Shown here piece by piece: positions 1-9,119 of a DNA stretch of 64,000 nucleotides. A program made the position numbers and the translations under genes. Origin of the DNA: Candidatus Dormiibacterota bacterium (GTDB lineage Bacteria > Chloroflexota > Dormibacteria > Aeolococcales > Aeolococcaceae); contig OY970355.1 in the NCBI GenBank assembly GCA_963718525.1, forward strand, positions 224,001 to 288,000, written 5' to 3'. A model generated the notes under the pieces. The model searched no databases. It had not been told where the DNA came from and was given only the letters and a program-made list of their open reading frames with translations. Numbering within the stretch: the first letter of the stretch is position 1; every line of letters begins with the position of its first letter.

Positions 1-323
1 TCGACGGCGGCGTGCGCTCCGTCGACAACGCCGACCTTGCCTCGGGTTATGCAAACGTCGTGGTGCTCTCGCCGCTGGGCGGACAGGGCGGGGCACCGCC
101 GGAAGGCCGGTTCGAGGGCCTGCGCAGATTTCCGGGCGCGGACCTGGGTACCCAGGTCGAGGGACTGCGCAAGCAGGGCAGCCGCGTCGAGGTGATCACG
201 CCGGACGCCGATTCTCGAACCGCAATGGGCACGAACCTGATGGATCTCGCGACCCGCATCCCCGCCGCGCGTGCCGGTTTCGCCCAAGGCAAGCAGGAAG
301 CGAGCCGCGTGACGTTGCTCTGA
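1..323 (+). CDS. Patatin-like phospholipase family protein, C-terminal part (5' truncated by window)
   Basis: Frame opens with DGGVRS (patatin DGG motif, nt 3-20), then NADLA...VVVLSP and a C-terminal AARAGFAQG typical of patatin-like proteins. Confidence 0.7.
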   Translation, partial: DGGVRSVDNADLASGYANVVVLSPLGGQGGAPPEGRFEGLRRFPGADLGTQVEGLRKQGSRVEVITPDADSRTAMGTNLMDLATRIPAARAGFAQGKQEASRVTLL

Positions 324-343
324 CGATTGCACAAGGAGGTGCT

Positions 344-712
344 ATGGCCAGCGTACTGCACGAAATCGTCGTCGACTGCCGCGATGCCGAAGCTCAGGCG
401 GGGTGGTGGTCCCGGGTCCTCGGCTGGCCTGCCGTCTATGACGAGAGCGGCTTCTGGTGGATGTCGTCGGACGGCACCGAAAACGCAACGCTGGCGCTGT
501 GCTTCATCCCCGTGCCCGAGGGCAAGACGGTGAAGAATCGCATCCACCTCGACCTCAATCCCTCGGGATGCGAGCAGGCCGAGGAGCTGGAAAGGCTGCT
601 GTCACTCGGCGCGCGCCACAAGGACATCGGTCAGGGCGCGGATGTCTCGTGGGTCGTGTTGGAGGACCCTGAGGGCAACGAGTTCTGCCTGCTGCGCACC
701 AGGAAGGATTAG
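344..712 (+). CDS. VOC/glyoxalase-like family protein
   Basis: AAGGAGG RBS; motifs KNRIHLDL and WVVLEDPEGNEFC. Confidence 0.9.
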   Translation: MASVLHEIVVDCRDAEAQAGWWSRVLGWPAVYDESGFWWMSSDGTENATLALCFIPVPEGKTVKNRIHLDLNPSGCEQAEELERLLSLGARHKDIGQGADVSWVVLEDPEGNEFCLLRTRKD

Positions 713-774
713 TCACACGCCTCGCTCAGGCTGGCGCCTCACCAGCACTCCGGGAACCTTACCGAGAACCGGCC

Positions 775-867
775 TGGCGGGAAGGGGGGGATTCGAACCC
801 CCGGAGGGACTTAAGATCCCTCACCCGCTTAGCAGGCGGGCGCTTTCAGCCTCTCAGCCACCTCCCC
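775..867 (-). tRNA. tRNA-Ser(GCT)
   Basis: Reverse complement GGGGAGG...CCCGC-CTGCTAA-GCGGG, long variable arm, GGTTCGAATCC T-arm, CCTTCCC-G-CCA end. Confidence 0.95.
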
Positions 868-937
868 AGGCCGGGGTCAGTATATGTCGTGTCGGTCTCG
901 CAACCATCTCAAAAATCGTCGCTCGTACAGTAGGCCC

Positions 938-1978
938 GTGGTCCACGCGCAGAGGGGGACCGCCGCCATCCTGGCCCTCGGGCTGGGTGCCGTTGCGCTT
1001 GCCATGACACCGGTTCCCGCGAACGCAGCGATGTACCGGCTTCCAGTCGGCACGCAGCGAATGCAGATGCCGCTGGACTGCGAGGCGACGTCGCTGACGA
1101 TCGCGCTCGGCTCGGTCGGCGTGCACACCACCCAGCAGTACGTCCAAGGTCACTTCCCAACGGACAGCCGTGCCCCGGTGCTCGGGGCCGACGGTCTCCC
1201 CGCGAAGTGGGGAGACCCATATGTCGATTTCGTTGGCCACGTGATGGGCTCGGAGCCCGGCAGCAACCCGCACTGGACCGCGTACGCAGGCTGGGGTGCG
1301 TATGCGCCAGTGGTTGCTCACGCCGCGCAATCGCTCGGCGTGCCGGTGGCGGCTCAGCTCACCGGCTGGAAGCCGCCGGCGCTCTATGCCGCGGTCGAAG
1401 CCGGTCACCCCGTGCTGGTCTGGACAACCGTCGATTACTCGTCCCAGACCGCACGTACCTGGGTCGGATGGGACGGCCGGACGGTGCCATGGACCGAGGC
1501 CGGCCATGTGGTCGTGCTCATGGGTGTGAACACGTCCGCGGGGACTCTCGAATTCAGCGACCCCCTGACCGGTTCGTACAACGGCACCACCATGGCACAG
1601 TTCGCTCGAACCTTCACCATCTACGGCGACATGGCAATCGTCATCGAGCGCACCGCGCACGCTGCCTCGGCAGCACCACACGCTAGCCGGCACATTGCTG
1701 CACCAGCTCATCCCACCGCGCGTGTCATTGCGGCGGCGACTGCGCGCCCAGTTCCCTGGTTCCCGATCCACCACGTCAGGGTGCCCAGCGGGTCGAATGT
1801 GGACAGCGCCGGCGTTGACACTCCCGCGAACGTCGGCGTCGTCACCAGCATCACCGCGACCTCCATGCAAGGCGCTGGTCTCAGTGCTCTTCTGCTCGCC
1901 GCCGGAGTGCTCGTTCCGGCAGCCGGCCTGCTGTTTGCCGTCCGGATGCGCAAGCGACGCCGTCAATGCGCTGGGTGA
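938..1978 (+). CDS. Secreted, membrane-anchored C39-like (papain-fold) peptidase
   Basis: Signal peptide ending PANA; QMPLDCEATSL (catalytic Cys), GHVVVLMG (His), FSDP (Asp); Ala/Pro/Thr linker; C-terminal TM plus basic tail. GTG start inferred from TACAGT -10 at 926-931. Confidence 0.75.
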   Translation: MVHAQRGTAAILALGLGAVALAMTPVPANAAMYRLPVGTQRMQMPLDCEATSLTIALGSVGVHTTQQYVQGHFPTDSRAPVLGADGLPAKWGDPYVDFVGHVMGSEPGSNPHWTAYAGWGAYAPVVAHAAQSLGVPVAAQLTGWKPPALYAAVEAGHPVLVWTTVDYSSQTARTWVGWDGRTVPWTEAGHVVVLMGVNTSAGTLEFSDPLTGSYNGTTMAQFARTFTIYGDMAIVIERTAHAASAAPHASRHIAAPAHPTARVIAAATARPVPWFPIHHVRVPSGSNVDSAGVDTPANVGVVTSITATSMQGAGLSALLLAAGVLVPAAGLLFAVRMRKRRRQCAG

Positions 1979-2898
1979 CCTTCGCTCCCTCGACGTCGTC
2001 CGGTGAACGCACCGGAATGCTGGTCGACGGACGCATCCATGCGTGCGAGCCGGGCATCACCCTGGTGAGCCTTCTCGGTGACGACGGCACGCGGCTTGCC
2101 GAGGCAGGTGAGGTCGCTCGCGCCAATCCACGTGACGTCTTCGAGCTCGACGACGTCAAGACGCTCGCGCCGATCCCCAGACCACCGACGGTGCGCGACT
2201 TCTATGCGTTCGAGCAGCACGTACGCACGGCGCGGCAGCGCCGTGGCCTCGAGATGGACCCGGATTGGTATGAGCTCCCGGTCTTCTATTTCAGCAATCC
2301 CTACGCGACGTCTGGCCCTGACGTCGACGTCGCCATCCCACCTGGCTGTGCGGAGATGGACTACGAGCTCGAGGTCGCTGCGATCGTCGGCGCAGGCGGC
2401 ACCGACCTCACTCCCGATGCAGCAGAGCGCAGCATCGCCGGTTATTGCGTGATGAACGATTGGAGTGCCAGGGATATCCAACGCCGGGAGATGAAACTCA
2501 GCCTGGGGCCTGCGAAGGGGAAGGATTTTGCGACCTCGATCGGGCCGGTCTTCGTGACGCCGGATGAGCTCGAGAACACGCGACGCAACACGAGCTTCGA
2601 CCTCGAGATGACGGCGACCGTGAACGGCGTCGAGTACTCGCGCGCGTCGCTCGCGGACATCTACTGGAGCTTCGGCGAGATGATCGCGTACGCATCTCGC
2701 GGCACGCGAGTCGAATCCGGAGATGTGATCGGTTCGGGTACCTGCGGCACCGGCTGTATCCTCGAGCTGTCCCTGGTGCACGGCACCGATCGGTACCCGT
2801 GGCTGCAGCCGGGCGATGTCGTCGAGCTGCGCGTCGACCGTCTTGGAGTGCTCCGCAACCGCGTTGTCACCGGCCCACCGTTGCGGGCCCTGCGATGA
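1966..2898 (+). CDS. Fumarylacetoacetate hydrolase family protein
   Basis: RDFYAFEQH, DYELEVA, NDWSARDIQ, KGKDFATSIGP, GSGTCGTGC motifs. Confidence 0.92.
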   Translation: MRWVTFAPSTSSGERTGMLVDGRIHACEPGITLVSLLGDDGTRLAEAGEVARANPRDVFELDDVKTLAPIPRPPTVRDFYAFEQHVRTARQRRGLEMDPDWYELPVFYFSNPYATSGPDVDVAIPPGCAEMDYELEVAAIVGAGGTDLTPDAAERSIAGYCVMNDWSARDIQRREMKLSLGPAKGKDFATSIGPVFVTPDELENTRRNTSFDLEMTATVNGVEYSRASLADIYWSFGEMIAYASRGTRVESGDVIGSGTCGTGCILELSLVHGTDRYPWLQPGDVVELRVDRLGVLRNRVVTGPPLRALR

Positions 2899-3392
2899 GC
2901 ATCCGGGACGATTATCTCGCGCGTCTCGACGCCGTCGAAGCACAACTCGCTGCGGCAGCCGCGAGCGAGCCGTCGCCCGGAGCGCTCACCGGAGCAGATC
3001 CGGAGAGCGGTGAGCGCTGGGATCGCGGCCAGGTGTGGGCGCATGTGTCCGAGTTCATCCCGTACTGGATCGCGCAGGCGGGGCCGGTGCTGCGCGGTCA
3101 GCCATCGGGCGAGCCCGTGCCGTTCGGCCGGACCAAAAGCGACCCCGAGCGTATCGGCGCGATCGAGCGGGACCGTCGCGAGCCGGTGTCAATGCTGTGG
3201 GGCGACACCCTTTCCGATGTCGCCGGCCTGCGCGAGTTCCTTGCGGGCGTGGAACCTGGTCAGTGGGATGCCCGTGGACTGCACCCCACCCTCGGTGCCA
3301 TGACCATTGACCAGCTGGTCGAGATGTTCCTCGTTGGCCACCTGGAACAGCACGCGGATCAACTCGAAGGGATGGGCCCAGCGGCCGCTTAG
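2895..3392 (+). CDS. DinB-like family protein
   Basis: ATGA overlap with FAH stop; W...AH near N-terminus, GLHPTLG, HLEQHADQL C-terminal His motif. Confidence 0.75.
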   Translation: MSIRDDYLARLDAVEAQLAAAAASEPSPGALTGADPESGERWDRGQVWAHVSEFIPYWIAQAGPVLRGQPSGEPVPFGRTKSDPERIGAIERDRREPVSMLWGDTLSDVAGLREFLAGVEPGQWDARGLHPTLGAMTIDQLVEMFLVGHLEQHADQLEGMGPAAA

Positions 3393-3781
3393 CGGTGCTT
3401 CTTGCGACGGTGGTGTCGCGGCGATACCACCGGAACCACCGGCTCCGGCAGGGCGTCGGAGGCATCGACGAGCCCTGCCTCCTCCATTGCGCCAGGCTCG
3501 TCCATCCAGCTTCGAGCTGTGACTCGCGGTTGGCGAAACAGACGGGTCAGGCGTCGATCAGCGTTGCGCCGAAACGTCTCCGCGTCACTGACGGCGAAGT
3601 TCGGGAGATATGGAGGGACATCCGCCCCTGGTCCCGTCGGCCCAAGACCGTCCGGGTAGGGTCGGTTGGTCCCAATCGCAGGGTCCTTGTTCGGCTCTCC
3701 ACGGAGGCCGTACCAGAAGAGCACTACCAGGAACGCAAAGATGCAGCCGACGAAGATCAGGAGGGCCAGCACATCGACCAT
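3389..3781 (-). CDS. Hypothetical protein with N-terminal TM helix
   Basis: ATG start, hydrophobic residues 3-24, fills the gap between DinB and the tRNA. Confidence 0.6.
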   Translation of the reverse strand: MVDVLALLIFVGCIFAFLVVLFWYGLRGEPNKDPAIGTNRPYPDGLGPTGPGADVPPYLPNFAVSDAETFRRNADRRLTRLFRQPRVTARSWMDEPGAMEEAGLVDASDALPEPVVPVVSPRHHRRKKHR

Positions 3782-3900
3782 CGTCGCGGTCTAGAGCTCG
3801 GACGTCAACGAGACGGCTCTGCTGTGCGTGCGTCGGGATCGCGCCGGAATTGGCGCGGGGACTTTGTTCGGCAGTCCCTTAAACTGAGCGGAACCCACGC

Positions 3901-3987
3901 GGAGGGATGCCGGAGCGGTTGAACGGAGCGGTCTTGAAAACCGCAGGGGCCGCCAAGCCCCCGGGGGTTCGAATCCCTCTCCCTCCG
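3901..3987 (+). tRNA. tRNA-Ser(TGA)
   Basis: GGAGGGA acceptor, GCGGT-CTTGAAA-ACCGC anticodon arm, long variable arm, GGTTCGAATCC, TCCCTCC-G. Followed by CCCA, so no in-register CCA. Confidence 0.93.
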
Positions 3988-4190
3988 CCCACGATGGGTC
4001 AACACATTGCCGTCGGTGACGAGTTGACGTATCTCGGAGCGTACGCGCGCGAGACTCCTGCTGACACACCCCGGCTCGCGCAATGGTGTCGCACCCGTCA
4101 AGGGTTGTCTTCTGCGCTGAACCGGTCACGATCTCGGCACCGTCCACGGATGGCATGCGCCCTCCGTCCCGACCTTGCTGAGAATAAGCG

Positions 4191-4403
4191 GTGGTCATAA
4201 AAGTCTGCTGCCCGACGTGCTGGAAATGGTCGGAATTGGGGACGGTGATGTCGTGCAAGCGTTGCGGCACGCCGCTGATCCTTCCCGATGGTCGTCGCGC
4301 TGATGAGGTTGCTGCGATGCCACCCGCCACTGAGGTCATGGCGCCGCCCGAGCCTCCGCCGCTGGAACTCGAACCAGTGGGATGGTCGATCCGCGCTCGC
4401 TGA
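4191..4403 (+). CDS. Small Zn-ribbon protein (CCPTC...CKRC), 70 aa
   Basis: Two CxxC pairs; N-terminal ~35 aa paralogous to the next gene with mostly synonymous nucleotide differences. Confidence 0.7.
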   Translation: MVIKVCCPTCWKWSELGTVMSCKRCGTPLILPDGRRADEVAAMPPATEVMAPPEPPPLELEPVGWSIRAR

Positions 4404-4485
4404 CGCATGCAGCGATAACGTCACGGACGTGGCACCGTCCGAGAACGGCGCCCGACCTCGGAGTGACCGCTGCAGAGAATGAGCG

Positions 4486-5193
4486 GTGGCCGCCACCGCA
4501 CCTCAAGCCGTCTGCTGCCCCACCTGCTGGAAGTGGTCGGAGCTGAAGAGCTCGACCATATGTAAGCGTTGCGGCTCGCCGCTCGTGCTGCCCGACGGCC
4601 GTCGGCTCGACCAGGCGCGGGACGGCACGGCCCCTATCGCGATTGCGATGAATGCCCCGACCGTGTCGCTCGCACCGCTCACGGTGGGAACCGATTGGGT
4701 CGCCATCGCCCGCTGGATCACCTTCGTCTATGCCGCGCTGCAGATCCTCGCCATCTTTGCGATCGGATTGCTCATTCCGAGCATCACCGTCCCGGTGCAG
4801 GATCCGAGCACCGGAACGATCGTCGATCAGACCCTGAACATTCGCCCGTTTCTCGCGCTTGTCGCGTTCATTGCGATCATCTTCTACGCGGTCATCGTGT
4901 GGCTCATCAAGTACGGCATTGCGCGCGCTATCGTCCTGGTGGTCGTGCTGCTGCAGGCGCTTGCTGCCGTAACGCGCCTGAACGCCGAGACGTCGGCCGG
5001 GGTGGTCGCGACGATCGTCGATCTGCTCTGCGATGCGGGCTACGCCTACGTGCTGGTCATGTCATTTGTATCGCGTCCTCGCCCCGCGCCGATCAACAGC
5101 GGAGCCGTAGCAACGCTGCCGATGGCAGTCGCCCCGCCGCCGCCGCCACCTCCCGCTCCGCCGCCGCTTGTCCCGCTTCCGCCCCCTACCTGA
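4486..5193 (+). CDS. Zn-ribbon plus ~4-TM membrane protein with poly-Pro tail
   Basis: CCPTCWKWSEL..CKRCGSPL, four hydrophobic segments, C-terminal PPPPPPPAPPPLVPLPPPT. Confidence 0.8.
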   Translation: MAATAPQAVCCPTCWKWSELKSSTICKRCGSPLVLPDGRRLDQARDGTAPIAIAMNAPTVSLAPLTVGTDWVAIARWITFVYAALQILAIFAIGLLIPSITVPVQDPSTGTIVDQTLNIRPFLALVAFIAIIFYAVIVWLIKYGIARAIVLVVVLLQALAAVTRLNAETSAGVVATIVDLLCDAGYAYVLVMSFVSRPRPAPINSGAVATLPMAVAPPPPPPPAPPPLVPLPPPT

Positions 5194-5365
5194 ACCCTGT
5201 CACTGACCACAATCGAGCTGCCGGCGACTGGACATCTCGGCGTCACCATCGCTCAATCAGGCGGTGCACTCGCCCTCCGCCGACGGAGGGCAGAGATGAC
5301 GGGGTGGGGCGCGATGAGCCGGGCGTCCGCAGCGCGGTGCCCGGCTCATCGCAGGCCGAGGCGAG

Positions 5366-7009
5366 CTACCCGACCGCGACCTCGAGGACGCGGGTTCCCC
5401 AGTTGCTGAGCCCATCGGGGGTCTGGCTCGACTTCGGCGGGACGTACTCGGTGGCAAGCCACACTGCCTGAGCCGATGGGTCGATCACCGCCCACGAATA
5501 GTCGCCCCACCGCGTCGACGTCTTGGCATAGGGACCGGTCCCCGCCGCCGCGATGTGGATCGCGCCGAAGCTGGACTGTCCAGCACCGAGTGCCGCGTAC
5601 GCTGCGCTCGGATAGTGGCCCGCGCCGGTCACAGTGAACACCATCGCACCGTCTCCTGAGGACAGCGTCTGGAGCGCCGGGTAGATCACGTTGTTGCCTG
5701 CCGCGACAACGTAGCCCTGGTGCACGATGACGGACGCGCCGATGTGCGTTCCGCTCAACGTTGGACGGACGTTGAACCATGCTGCGCCGGCGCGCGGGGT
5801 CGAGTCGTGAGCAATCGTCACGACGCTGGTCAGTTCGCCCCAGATCGTTCCGTTGATGTACTGGGTTTGCTGCATACGATCGTCACCGGAATCGATGGTG
5901 CTCGTCGAACCCTTCTGGGCCGCGGCCGGGGGAAGTCCGTATGCCTCTGACGTGATCACCGTGCTCGATAGTGTGGGCAGCTTGCCGCTCTGCACCGCCG
6001 TGCGATTGGTCATCGCCCAGACACCGAGACGGGTGTCACCGGTGCCGTTGGGATCGAGTGAGTTGAGGAAGAACTCGGCATTCGGCGCACCGGTACTGAT
6101 TGCCGGCTGCACGGAGGTCGCGACATTGCCGCCGATCGTGAGGTTCGCGAAGTGCGCGAAGTGGACCGGTGCGCCGGCCACCAGGTCCTTCTTGGAGAAC
6201 GCGTAGACCTGGGCACCGCTGAATGCTGACCCCAGAATGGAGAACTCGTTGGTGGTGACGTACAGGTTGTCCTGATCGATGCCGAGCGTCGGCTGGTCAC
6301 CGAAGCATGGGCATCCGTTGCCTGTCGCGTCGGTGGTGTCGATCTGGTACTGGGTCCAGATGTTCTCCGGGTTGCCCGACGCGTTCACCGCGATGTCGAG
6401 CTGGGAGGACTTTCCATCGGGAACCTCACCGCCGCTTAGGAACAGGATGGTTGCGAACCACGTGTTGGTGGTCGGGTCGTAGTAGCAGCGAGGATCGCTG
6501 GTGAACTGCGTGGACCCCTGGTCGAAGAGGTCGTTGACATTGCTCGGGCCAATCAGTGTGTGGCCGGTGGTCTTGAAGATCCGGAAGGCCGAGTTCACGG
6601 GCTCGAGTACGTAGCCGTTCCCGACGCACAGTCCCTGATCGGGCGGCTCGAATTGCTGGTTGAAATTGGTACGACGGCTGTCGTTGCTGCTGGTGCCATT
6701 GAAGTTCTGCAGCAGTGAGCTCGTCACCGATGCGGTCGCGGCAGCGGCCGTGGGCGCACTGACCTGGGACGACGCGGCTCCATGGGTCCGCGGCGTTATG
6801 CGGACGCCTCGCTGAGCATGCGTTGCCGCTGGGCTCGCGGCGGCGGGCACTTGGTGCGAGGGTGCGACGAGGCCCACGGTTCCACTCGCATAGGTCGTCG
6901 CGGTCGATGCCGCCGCCACGTCTGGTTTGGAGAATGGGGCGGCCAGGGCGATGCCCGTGGCACCGATGACCGCTCCCAGGAAGACTCGACGCACGTTGTT
7001 GTCGCCCAT
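5366..7009 (-). CDS. Secreted hypothetical protein, probable Tat substrate, beta-rich
   Basis: GAGGTGG RBS before ATG 7009; VRRVFLG twin-Arg motif, AAA cleavage site, Ala/Ser/Thr linker, motifs PPDQGLCVG, SDPRCYYD, GDQP, RWGDYS. Confidence 0.8.
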   Translation of the reverse strand: MGDNNVRRVFLGAVIGATGIALAAPFSKPDVAAASTATTYASGTVGLVAPSHQVPAAASPAATHAQRGVRITPRTHGAASSQVSAPTAAAATASVTSSLLQNFNGTSSNDSRRTNFNQQFEPPDQGLCVGNGYVLEPVNSAFRIFKTTGHTLIGPSNVNDLFDQGSTQFTSDPRCYYDPTTNTWFATILFLSGGEVPDGKSSQLDIAVNASGNPENIWTQYQIDTTDATGNGCPCFGDQPTLGIDQDNLYVTTNEFSILGSAFSGAQVYAFSKKDLVAGAPVHFAHFANLTIGGNVATSVQPAISTGAPNAEFFLNSLDPNGTGDTRLGVWAMTNRTAVQSGKLPTLSSTVITSEAYGLPPAAAQKGSTSTIDSGDDRMQQTQYINGTIWGELTSVVTIAHDSTPRAGAAWFNVRPTLSGTHIGASVIVHQGYVVAAGNNVIYPALQTLSSGDGAMVFTVTGAGHYPSAAYAALGAGQSSFGAIHIAAAGTGPYAKTSTRWGDYSWAVIDPSAQAVWLATEYVPPKSSQTPDGLSNWGTRVLEVAVG

Positions 7010-7178
7010 TTCCACCACCTCTGCTCTTGGTCCTACCCTGGCCAGATCGCGGGGCGACCCAACACCCGGGATGATAAGCACACGCCCCACCCCTCCGCTG
7101 GAGCTCAGTCGCTGCGAGATCGCTCGCCGTGACGGTCGCTGACTGGAACCAGGCGACCCGCGACGCCGTTCGCAGCGG

Positions 7179-9059
7179 CTACGGCGTCCGCAGGAACGTC
7201 TTGAGATCGATCAGCCAGAGGTGCAGAGCAACCGACCCCGACTGTAGGACTCCCGCGTGCACCAGCACCGGCTGGTACGCCTGCAGCGAGCTGAGCGCGG
7301 CCGTGAACCCCTCACCGTTGAGGCTCATCAGAAGTATCTGCGCCGGGTGTCGCTGCTCGAAGAACACCTTGTCGAGCGGTGTGAGGTTACCGAGCTCGCT
7401 GGGCATCGAGTCGAAGAAGGCATGGAAGATGCCGATCGGCTCGCGCAGCTCCTTGAGCTGTTCCGCGTTCCACCACATCAGCAGCTGCTCGCCGGAGTAC
7501 GCGGCAGGACCGACAAATGTCTCCATCCCCGTCGTGTCCGCATACAGATCCACCCACGTCGAGTTGTTGCCCCAGGCGGGATCGTTGCCACCGAGTGTGT
7601 ACGCGTAGTCGGGGAACGTGTCGACGACCGTGCCGCGTTCGTGCTTGTGCTGAGTTGGCGTCACGGTGAGCACCAGCAGACCGGCAACGATTGCGGTGAG
7701 AGCACCACCCACCATGAGCCGCGAGCGCACGATGTCGTGCGACCCCGCCTCGCGCCTGGCCACCCAGGCGAGCAGCACGATCGCAACCACGATCAGGAGC
7801 CCGACAGGCATCCAGCCGAACTGCGGCACGCTGGGGGTTATTTCGAAGACCAGCGGCACTGCGACGAGCACAACCGGGACGAGCCACCGGTAGCGAGCGT
7901 GCTCGAGGATCGGCGCGCCCAGCTCGGCGATGGTGATTGCGAGGGTCAACAGCACCGATCCCCAAAGCAGCGACGAGAAGTAATGCACCTCGAGCACCTG
8001 CGTGCTGCCGATGAACTGCAGGATCGCGTAGATCACGATCTGGAATGCGCACGCCACGCTGACGATGAGCTGAGCGGTCGGAATCGAACCGAGGCGGCGC
8101 CCGATCCGCGCAAAACGGTCCCTGGCCAGGAAATCCTTGAGCCGGCCTCCAAATGCTGCATAGCACGCGAGGCCCACGGCGGGCGGCACCAGCAGATAGG
8201 TGATGTACGGGGCCCAGAGCGGTGACCGGGAGTGGTTGACGATTGTTTGCGCCGGCTCCGCCAGGTAGATCAGCGACTGGATCGTGGTCAGGATGTAATC
8301 CCACGGCCCGATCAGCGCCGCCGACGCAATCATGAGCAGGCCGGTGACCGCCAGGGCCACCACGACCATGACCGACAGGTCTCGCAGCAGCTTCTGCCGG
8401 TCGCGCTTGCGCCGGACGAGCCAGTACGCGATGACCGTTGCAATGACCAGGGGCGCAGACGATGCCAACGCCCAGACCGCCAGCGTGAACAGCACTGCCG
8501 CGCCGATCAGCCAGCCGATACGGCGCCGCTGCGACGGCATCGCCAGGCAGGCAAGGCCGCCGATCAGGTAGGAGACACCGGCCGAATCGGGGAAGTCGGT
8601 GCCCCAGGCCAGGATGATGACCGGGCAGCTGAGAATGACGATGACGGCGATGACGCCGGCGACACGGTTGTACAACCGCTTCAGCAGCAGGTACGCCGGC
8701 ACCACCGCGATGAGTGCCAGGACGTAGCGGAACACGACGAACCCTGGAAGACCGCCGAACAACAGGTAGGCGATGCGACCGGGCACCAGGAAGCCCACCC
8801 GCGCACCCTCACGCAACCGTTCGGTCGGCTGGAACACCGCTGCATAGCGGAAAAAGATGTCGTGCGGGTCGATGATGAACGTCGTGTGCATCGCCGGATC
8901 GTTCAGATCCGGCGGCGCCATCAACGTGAGTTGGAGCCCGAAGAACGCAGCCGCCGGGCTGAGGATGAGGAGCAATGCCTCGGCGCAGACACGCCAGAGC
9001 GAGCGATGCTGCCCCGGCGCAGCGTCACCGAGCCGATCCTGGGGAGCTCGCACGGGCAC
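7179..9059 (-). CDS. Multi-TM membrane protein, probable GT-C fold glycosyltransferase (ArnT/PMT-like)
   Basis: About 13 TM segments, acidic PDLNDP loop after TM1, TDFPDS motif, soluble C-terminal domain. Confidence 0.6.
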   Translation of the reverse strand: MPVRAPQDRLGDAAPGQHRSLWRVCAEALLLILSPAAAFFGLQLTLMAPPDLNDPAMHTTFIIDPHDIFFRYAAVFQPTERLREGARVGFLVPGRIAYLLFGGLPGFVVFRYVLALIAVVPAYLLLKRLYNRVAGVIAVIVILSCPVIILAWGTDFPDSAGVSYLIGGLACLAMPSQRRRIGWLIGAAVLFTLAVWALASSAPLVIATVIAYWLVRRKRDRQKLLRDLSVMVVVALAVTGLLMIASAALIGPWDYILTTIQSLIYLAEPAQTIVNHSRSPLWAPYITYLLVPPAVGLACYAAFGGRLKDFLARDRFARIGRRLGSIPTAQLIVSVACAFQIVIYAILQFIGSTQVLEVHYFSSLLWGSVLLTLAITIAELGAPILEHARYRWLVPVVLVAVPLVFEITPSVPQFGWMPVGLLIVVAIVLLAWVARREAGSHDIVRSRLMVGGALTAIVAGLLVLTVTPTQHKHERGTVVDTFPDYAYTLGGNDPAWGNNSTWVDLYADTTGMETFVGPAAYSGEQLLMWWNAEQLKELREPIGIFHAFFDSMPSELGNLTPLDKVFFEQRHPAQILLMSLNGEGFTAALSSLQAYQPVLVHAGVLQSGSVALHLWLIDLKTFLRTP

Positions 9060-9119
9060 AGGATAGGGACTCGGCGGGAGCTGGCGATCTCAGCATCACC
9101 GGCGGGCCGGCCGTGGCCG

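Noticed and set aside
775-3987. Genomic island bounded by the two tRNA-Ser genes
   Set aside because: The tRNAs point outward (5' ends face the interval); no integrase, att duplication or evident composition shift.
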